Positions 47,701-53,001 of a stretch of 53,001 bases of DNA are shown here, piece after piece. Where the stretch lies: IMG/VR virus record IMGVR_UViG_3300030102_005935, positions 1 to 53,001 of that record; one strand, given 5' to 3'. Every line of letters begins with the position of its first letter. Within the stretch, counting starts at the first letter, position 1. The notes below the pieces were generated by a model that was given only the letters and a program-made list of their open reading frames with translations, had not been told where the DNA came from and made no database searches. The stretch comes from a virus (Duplodnaviria; Caudoviricetes). The position numbers were made by a program, and so were the translations under genes.

Positions 47701-50700
47701 TTCTGTTGAATCACTAATCTTGCTTGACCCACAATTTGACACATCAAGTGTTTGTAGCGACGGCACAACCGTTAACGATAGATTGTTTCAATCAATTAGT
47801 TCAGTTCAGCATGATTATCAGTTAGGTTCTCAATATGCAAGCACTCGCGCGCTTGTTGAAATTCCACTTTTCCCTCAACAATTTTTTGAAGACCGCGACG
47901 CTGGTGTGTTCCCCGGACCGGACAACAGCATGAAGTTGCACCTTGATGCTACAATGACAGCGCAAGCATGGAATCCTTCTCCTGTTGGTCGTCGCGCACC
48001 AAACTACCCAGCGACAGATTACGAAGCGTTTGGTCATTATCAATATGCATCAGCAAACAATTTACCAATACGAAGTCAAATTATTGATATAAACAGGTTT
48101 GCCGCTAATACTATTGTTCTTGACACAAACCATATTGCTGATTCTAAATTTGATGACTTTGCTACCGTAAAAGGAGTTAGCACAAGAATGACACGAAAAA
48201 TTATTCTCGGTAATGGTGAATGGGCTTACTACGAAAAAAGCGGAGTCGGCGTATGCACAGTGACGCTGAGTGATTTAGAAAGTCATTCAAGTAAAGATTT
48301 CTTTTCATCTCTATCAATAGGCGCGCAAGTATTAGTTGGTGTATTACCTAATCAAGTAAACTTTCCACTCACAGGAGATATAAACTATCAAACCACTGGA
48401 CAAGAATACCGTCGTCCGTTTTACTATGACCGCGGTAGTGTAATGACACAAGGTGGTAATCTTGATTATGGTTTACGCCAATATGTTAGCGCGGTTGAAT
48501 TCAAGGCCGGACCTACTGCTAACCCACATTTAGCGCGCATACAATCAAAAAACGCAGTTATTGAATTAGTCCTTCCACTAATCCCACCTCTCTATACTGG
48601 CCCCGGTGTAAAATTTGGTATCAAGGGTAACTTACCTAAAGGAAAATTACCAACCAGTTATGAGTTTGCTGCCATAAATGAAGCAACCGGTCATAAGTAT
48701 AGAATTACTTACAACTCCACAATTGAGCCAAATTTCATAGCAATTCAAGCACACCCAATACTTGACCCAACAGCACCAACAGGTCTTCTCGCTACTGGTG
48801 ATGAACTTGTCTTGTTGGGTGTGTATTCAATTGACCCAAATACTGCTCCTTTGATGTTACCCGATAGTATAGCAAACTCCACATGGAATAATCCTTATTG
48901 TCCCGGCGGATTGCGATACGGTGATACGATTTGGGCTAACATGCATTACACTAACCCCCATGCAATAGAAGGTTTATTTGCTAAATCTCGCGGTGTCTAT
49001 AACGAATATGAGGTATGGCGTGGTTTCAATGGCGGCAAAGGCGAATTGGGAATTGAATCACGCGATACTCTTCCGCTTGAAAATTTCCTTATTGGCGATA
49101 CTTGTATTGAAACTGCTCGCAACTATGTTCAACATGTAAACAAAACCATTGAGTTGAATTGGATTGAATTAGGTCATGATGTATCCACACATAAACCACC
49201 AATTGTAGCATATCTTGACCCATATCTAAGCACTGAAACACATGCGCGTGTTTTACTTTACGATGTAGCGCATGACCGTGAATTTATCGCGTTCCATGAC
49301 CTTCACATGCAAGTGCAAACAAATGCAACAACTCCGACTATCAACGAACTTGATGTAGCGGCTGGATTTAGAACTCAAAGAAAAGATAAACACTTGGCGA
49401 CAAAACCGTATAACGAAGTAATAGATGGTGTAACATACGAATACGAAGATGGAACGGGTAAATCGCACTTTATTGAAGGGGCATACGCGCACCGTAGTTG
49501 GTATTTGATGGATAATAGTTTTATGACACCAAACCCTGCTGGTGTAGTTAATCTCGCGCATAACCGAAAAGCAAGAAACACTCCGCATTACATCAAGTTT
49601 GGTGATGAAACAACTCAATTTGGTCAAGGCAGAACTGCTCAATCAACTGTTGATATTGACAAAGCATCGCTAAGACACGCTGAAACTATCCCTTATCAAC
49701 AATCCGAAGATGTGCAATCGGGTAATACTTTTGCTCCGGTATTTACATCAACATTCTTTGATACACCCGAAGGAACGCGTGTTATATCAGCGTTCCTTTG
49801 CTTAAAAGGAAAACGCGCTTCAGTTAATGATACAAGAAATCACTACGAAGACAGATTACAACACCTACCACATTGGACTGATATGGACTTTGTAAGACGA
49901 TTGACTATTGATATGGGCGAAGTAGGGTTGCGCGAAGGTGTAACAGACATTGAAGCCGCTGCGCGAGAAGTTGTTAGACTTATTAATCAAGCAGGTGCGC
50001 TTAATGGGCGAAGCAGTCAACGCAGACCTTCCGACCAATATCCGGGTGAAGGTGAAAGATTTGACATTAACAGACGCGCTGTATCAGTAGGTGGCACAGA
50101 TACAGATAGACCAACAGATGCAACAGCGGCACACCATCATGCTGATTTTTCAGTGACAGGTTCAACTCACGACCCTGCTCCGTTTTGGGCTGATAACGCG
50201 TTTACTTCTTTTAACCGAGGTTCACACATGGGTTATCTTCGCGCTCATTTAGGTCGCGTTGTTGAAGATGCTAACGGTAATGAAGGGTTTAGCGTTGTAA
50301 TTCACAGCACAGTTCCGGGTGCAACAAGTCGCAATTTCTGTGTATGGCTTGATAATAGCAAAGGTCAAGCAGAATATAAACCACAATATCTTATTGGTCA
50401 CGGTGGAAGATTCCGTAATTTCTATTGCGCTCCACCCGAAGTAGCGGGGGAAAACATGCACCCTGCACCTATGCCAATTGATAAAAACGGTAAACCGTTT
50501 GCACCAATTACAACTTTGCGAGAGTATGTTGCATTAGATGAAGCAAGTGATGAGTTCTTTACAAACTTACATCTTGGTTTTGCAGCAAACTTCAACACAA
50601 CTATTGAGGGTGAAGAAACTCCAAACACAGGAGCAACCACTGGTCGGTCGTCAAACACTGGCTCTATGGAGTCTTTTGAAAATGGAGGTCAAAAATATTC

Positions 50701-53001
50701 AATACGCGAAGGTTTGCAAACTGGAAGTCGCGCTTATGGAAGAGTTAACTTCGGTGGTATAGTAGCGGCTGGCATACCCGGTTTTGCTCCCGATGCTGGT
50801 TTGTGGGGCTTTGGTGAAGATAACAAACCAAGCGGTCGTTTTCAAAGCATATACGGACAAAATGTTCAAACAACAGATGACAATTATGCTGTGTATTCCA
50901 GTTATGCGCCTCCAAACGAAACAGCAGATACATTTGTAGGCAACCAACCTTTGTATGGAATGAAATTAGTTGACCACCGTGGTAAATCGCATTTCATTCG
51001 TTATATCTATCGTCGCGGTGGAGAATCTTTTTCGCACAAAAATTCGGTTATGCCAAACACAATTGATGAAGAAACTCTAATTTATTTTGATGACCGCGAT
51101 ATTGGTCAAGGTGGATTTACGATTGGCGCAAACATGTGGGGACATGGTAGTTTTGGAACTCCATTCTTTTATTCAGCGGGACTAACTCACACATGGAGAG
51201 GAAATAAATGGCGCGGTGTTTATACGCCAAATGCTGGTTATGCCGTGACAGTTAAGTTAGCAACTCCTAACAATACGCTTACTTTGAAAAGTGATTCAGC
51301 AAGTTGTGGATTATACGGTAAAGGTATTTGGCATCAACTACCCGATGTTGATGATGTTCTTGGTCACATGGGATTCCCCGATAGTGGATTAATTTGGGTA
51401 GCAAAGCCTCAATCAAACACCACCTACGAAAGAAAAGGTTTGGTATTTTCATACACTCACAGAACACACAGTGGGCGCGGAGGACCGCACGCGTTTTTTG
51501 GATTACAAGGTTTTGAAGCAGACGCAATATCAACATATCACTTTAACACACAAGACAGATGTGGTCCTACAACTATAAGTGATGACCGCGCACCTACTAT
51601 CATAAGTCCTCATCTTAATCAAACTACTATTGTCACAGACGAATTGATTGCTGCGGCTACTAATTACGCGTTTACTGTTGACCCTAATGAGGGCGACCAA
51701 TACTTTGATTGTAGTCATTTGCGCGCTCCCGATGGTCGGACATACGGTGAGATACTTGGAGACAACGCACAGACCGCTATAAAAATTGGCAAGTTCAATC
51801 AAGATAAAGAAATCTTACCTATCGGTAAATTGTTTTCATCTTCACTTTCGCGCGATTGGGGACTTCAAGCAAGCAATACTGATGCTGATATTAATACTGG
51901 TTCGGCTGGTGGTCAGTTTGGTGGTGCGACAGTCGTTCAAGACAAAAAAACACACATGGCTGAATGCGGATACATACCATACACATTGTTACAAATATCA
52001 ACGCGCTTCAAAGGTAGCAACGCAAACACAGCAACACCGATATTCGTTGACCAATCAAACAATGCTATCTCAACAGATGAATGGCAAAAACACTTGCGCG
52101 GTGAAAAGTTTACCCGATATGAAGGCGACCACATTACACCATCACTTGAAGCCGCGACTTATACGATTGATACTCAAGTAGGAACATCTCTTCCCGGCGG
52201 CACAGAATACACCACATATCAACTTCAACTACGCGACCCCGCTAATTTTGCTGTGCTTGGTCGTCAATACGCTTGGCAATTGCAACATATCAGCGGTGGA
52301 ACTAATCTTAACTACGATGCTACAACAGAATTTGGTGGCGCAATAGACGGCTCTTGGTCGCCATTCAAGAGGTTAGAATTAGATAGTGAAACATACTTAC
52401 ACTGCGCCGCTTTAAGTTCTATAGCCGCACCAACTGATGTAACGCATGATTTAATTGCGTGGCATCATGGTGAATCAAAAGGTGAATTCAAAGATAAACT
52501 CGTAGTGGATATTATTCTTCAAAGATTTAAATTCGTTAACGATATACATGGTCTTCGTCTTCGTGCAAATCGTCGTGGTAATCCTCTATTGTATTTCCGA
52601 GGTGGACAAGATAGTATTGACAATCATGTTCCTCTTTACTTTGGTGGAGGTTTTAGTGGTGTTGTTATGGACATCAACGACGGCTCTCGCGTTGATTATT
52701 CAACTCATAACAAACACCCATACGCAAACGGACCAACAGGTAGCACAGGTATGCAAGACATAGGTGAAAAGATGGGAGCATACGCGCTCCTTGACACAAC
52801 AGCGTTGTTTGCTATGTTCCCTGCCACTGTTGCATTAGACCAACATCGCGGAGAAGCAACCCCACCGTTTGCTAATCAAAATGCTATACTAAACACAGAC
52901 ATTGATGGAAACACCAACACCCATACTATACCGGGGACGACATACACAAATGTCAATATTGCAAAACCTACTCCGGTCGTTCTTCGTTTTGCTCACCCAT
53001 A
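44723..53001 (+). CDS. Giant tail/adhesin-like protein, >2759 aa, N-terminal LamG/concanavalin A-like domain; truncated by the window end
   Basis: ATG at 44723: MAVITLSNHAMFFNGVSDSI..FTVEAWVSP..YHISGEFNGEQVKLYVNGEL..LFIGG; same frame still reads as protein at the end (..PTPVVLRFAHP); missing from the ORF track, consistent with no stop in the window. Confidence 0.88.
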   Translation, partial: MAVITLSNHAMFFNGVSDSIVCPQGDFTKTGHKRELYGGVARSSAPVLQDGDGHRFANANNQTLDKFTVEAWVSPDCGGVIASKAGLFELSMGTVNAPGVASFKVEFTNGVTAIASSANNYPTAAASFISNNVGYNVGQRELYHISGEFNGEQVKLYVNGELMASHKMNKKYKCSLNDQDLFIGGKGGEYRGYIESLHWKSDVSTMESRAKPLMKVNSTIGLWRFEEPVEVDDDEFYITSNVNAGDTTITIGATACQKMYELVSGKSDPLLTTYTLESLGNYQVANPTHSLGARVISVAHTPFNLIINPTATDTLTGLPNNSAPERVRLKQISPLGAITVESIHLDFSVSTDTGARGVLHSRTAFDTSNNFANDSMMVLVRSDLLIDSETGKPYQRLGTSSQAIDRTGAMVIDESPNEFHGFIYSRSLAVGNTFSPASWSIAERFKTGHTGRHKHTQKEGHSFLRLLPPIHEQELTRTIDGISDDALITFAGSYVGLKDAIPINSKAAVSHTATNARIMELRTSATTNGVVRNGLYGIDNNRDGVIAISVDDIEPFLLKGGGIGVDSQSDSQYKKHLTPEKDSRIAILEVSGLTAGYVEVHYNAVDLTGEKMGLSNPALLVTKTVPDGGCFLNTKRVAEHIADAVAAGATIHSPGGVITASSNDIGTAQVALKPHHLVGDNAGGFDYEKDLNESLLPANYTPRFTGEEGNAPPQGVATTTHPSAYHKIHIQPMQRSASDPPVNEAPTHYQESVQFASQKGGAFEMFDIIDNDKVGDSYIFIVQPSKRERTMQLSRATPATVDFNDCTYFTIEYVQSTVRISSMEVNDSGMGRYLIMEGQGIMTDVSDQTVSYAGDGSRDSHIVKEIQPGAPVVSVTLGGPGQGAVNTKPSWDPATLSRVGWNTRHACAVAVNDFDGAAGTITVQPLNNKGRLANWGTYCFPATGRIYLSNGANAEYDSKTSTTFTFTGGADKYILANGRRATDFADWVTSTGFSVESLILLDPQFDTSSVCSDGTTVNDRLFQSISSVQHDYQLGSQYASTRALVEIPLFPQQFFEDRDAGVFPGPDNSMKLHLDATMTAQAWNPSPVGRRAPNYPATDYEAFGHYQYASANNLPIRSQIIDINRFAANTIVLDTNHIADSKFDDFATVKGVSTRMTRKIILGNGEWAYYEKSGVGVCTVTLSDLESHSSKDFFSSLSIGAQVLVGVLPNQVNFPLTGDINYQTTGQEYRRPFYYDRGSVMTQGGNLDYGLRQYVSAVEFKAGPTANPHLARIQSKNAVIELVLPLIPPLYTGPGVKFGIKGNLPKGKLPTSYEFAAINEATGHKYRITYNSTIEPNFIAIQAHPILDPTAPTGLLATGDELVLLGVYSIDPNTAPLMLPDSIANSTWNNPYCPGGLRYGDTIWANMHYTNPHAIEGLFAKSRGVYNEYEVWRGFNGGKGELGIESRDTLPLENFLIGDTCIETARNYVQHVNKTIELNWIELGHDVSTHKPPIVAYLDPYLSTETHARVLLYDVAHDREFIAFHDLHMQVQTNATTPTINELDVAAGFRTQRKDKHLATKPYNEVIDGVTYEYEDGTGKSHFIEGAYAHRSWYLMDNSFMTPNPAGVVNLAHNRKARNTPHYIKFGDETTQFGQGRTAQSTVDIDKASLRHAETIPYQQSEDVQSGNTFAPVFTSTFFDTPEGTRVISAFLCLKGKRASVNDTRNHYEDRLQHLPHWTDMDFVRRLTIDMGEVGLREGVTDIEAAAREVVRLINQAGALNGRSSQRRPSDQYPGEGERFDINRRAVSVGGTDTDRPTDATAAHHHADFSVTGSTHDPAPFWADNAFTSFNRGSHMGYLRAHLGRVVEDANGNEGFSVVIHSTVPGATSRNFCVWLDNSKGQAEYKPQYLIGHGGRFRNFYCAPPEVAGENMHPAPMPIDKNGKPFAPITTLREYVALDEASDEFFTNLHLGFAANFNTTIEGEETPNTGATTGRSSNTGSMESFENGGQKYSIREGLQTGSRAYGRVNFGGIVAAGIPGFAPDAGLWGFGEDNKPSGRFQSIYGQNVQTTDDNYAVYSSYAPPNETADTFVGNQPLYGMKLVDHRGKSHFIRYIYRRGGESFSHKNSVMPNTIDEETLIYFDDRDIGQGGFTIGANMWGHGSFGTPFFYSAGLTHTWRGNKWRGVYTPNAGYAVTVKLATPNNTLTLKSDSASCGLYGKGIWHQLPDVDDVLGHMGFPDSGLIWVAKPQSNTTYERKGLVFSYTHRTHSGRGGPHAFFGLQGFEADAISTYHFNTQDRCGPTTISDDRAPTIISPHLNQTTIVTDELIAAATNYAFTVDPNEGDQYFDCSHLRAPDGRTYGEILGDNAQTAIKIGKFNQDKEILPIGKLFSSSLSRDWGLQASNTDADINTGSAGGQFGGATVVQDKKTHMAECGYIPYTLLQISTRFKGSNANTATPIFVDQSNNAISTDEWQKHLRGEKFTRYEGDHITPSLEAATYTIDTQVGTSLPGGTEYTTYQLQLRDPANFAVLGRQYAWQLQHISGGTNLNYDATTEFGGAIDGSWSPFKRLELDSETYLHCAALSSIAAPTDVTHDLIAWHHGESKGEFKDKLVVDIILQRFKFVNDIHGLRLRANRRGNPLLYFRGGQDSIDNHVPLYFGGGFSGVVMDINDGSRVDYSTHNKHPYANGPTGSTGMQDIGEKMGAYALLDTTALFAMFPATVALDQHRGEATPPFANQNAILNTDIDGNTNTHTIPGTTYTNVNIAKPTPVVLRFAHP

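Noticed and set aside
44723-53001. Apparent gene desert, or alternative genetic code, suggested by only short ORFs in the track
   Set aside because: One frame appears open to the window edge; the short ORFs are shadows, and standard stop codons are used normally elsewhere
1-53001. CRISPR array, tRNA/rRNA genes, integrase or transposase, tail sheath
   Set aside because: None recognised by eye; no regularly spaced repeats with unique spacers

Overview
The window is part of the genome of a tailed dsDNA virus (Caudoviricetes, HK97-type head, non-contractile-type tail module) with an archaeal host. GGTGA/GAGGTG ribosome-binding sites, gene content and gene order best fit a Marine Group II (Poseidoniales) 'magrovirus'-like virus; this taxonomic call is inference. 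Two leftward genes (a truncated SF2 helicase and a 380-aa unknown) are separated by a CGCG-dense intergenic island from a long rightward region. That region holds a 2209-aa protein, a membrane-protein/small-GTPase cluster, putative small and large terminase, small basic and Cys-rich proteins, a LAGLIDADG protein, portal, a 1984-aa protein ending in a degenerate DNA-ligase fold, protease-scaffold, major capsid protein, neck and tail genes with a -1 frameshift chaperone pair, tape measure, and a giant (>2750 aa) tail protein running off the right edge. Most notable: (1) an Arf-like GTPase embedded among membrane proteins; (2) a D-M-N-I-D-F-G peptide motif recurring in at least four unrelated proteins on both strands; (3) a recurring [AS]W-x-x-L-K / hydrophobic-K motif suggesting a capsid-targeting and maturation-cleavage code; (4) strong palindrome avoidance combined with CGCG enrichment.
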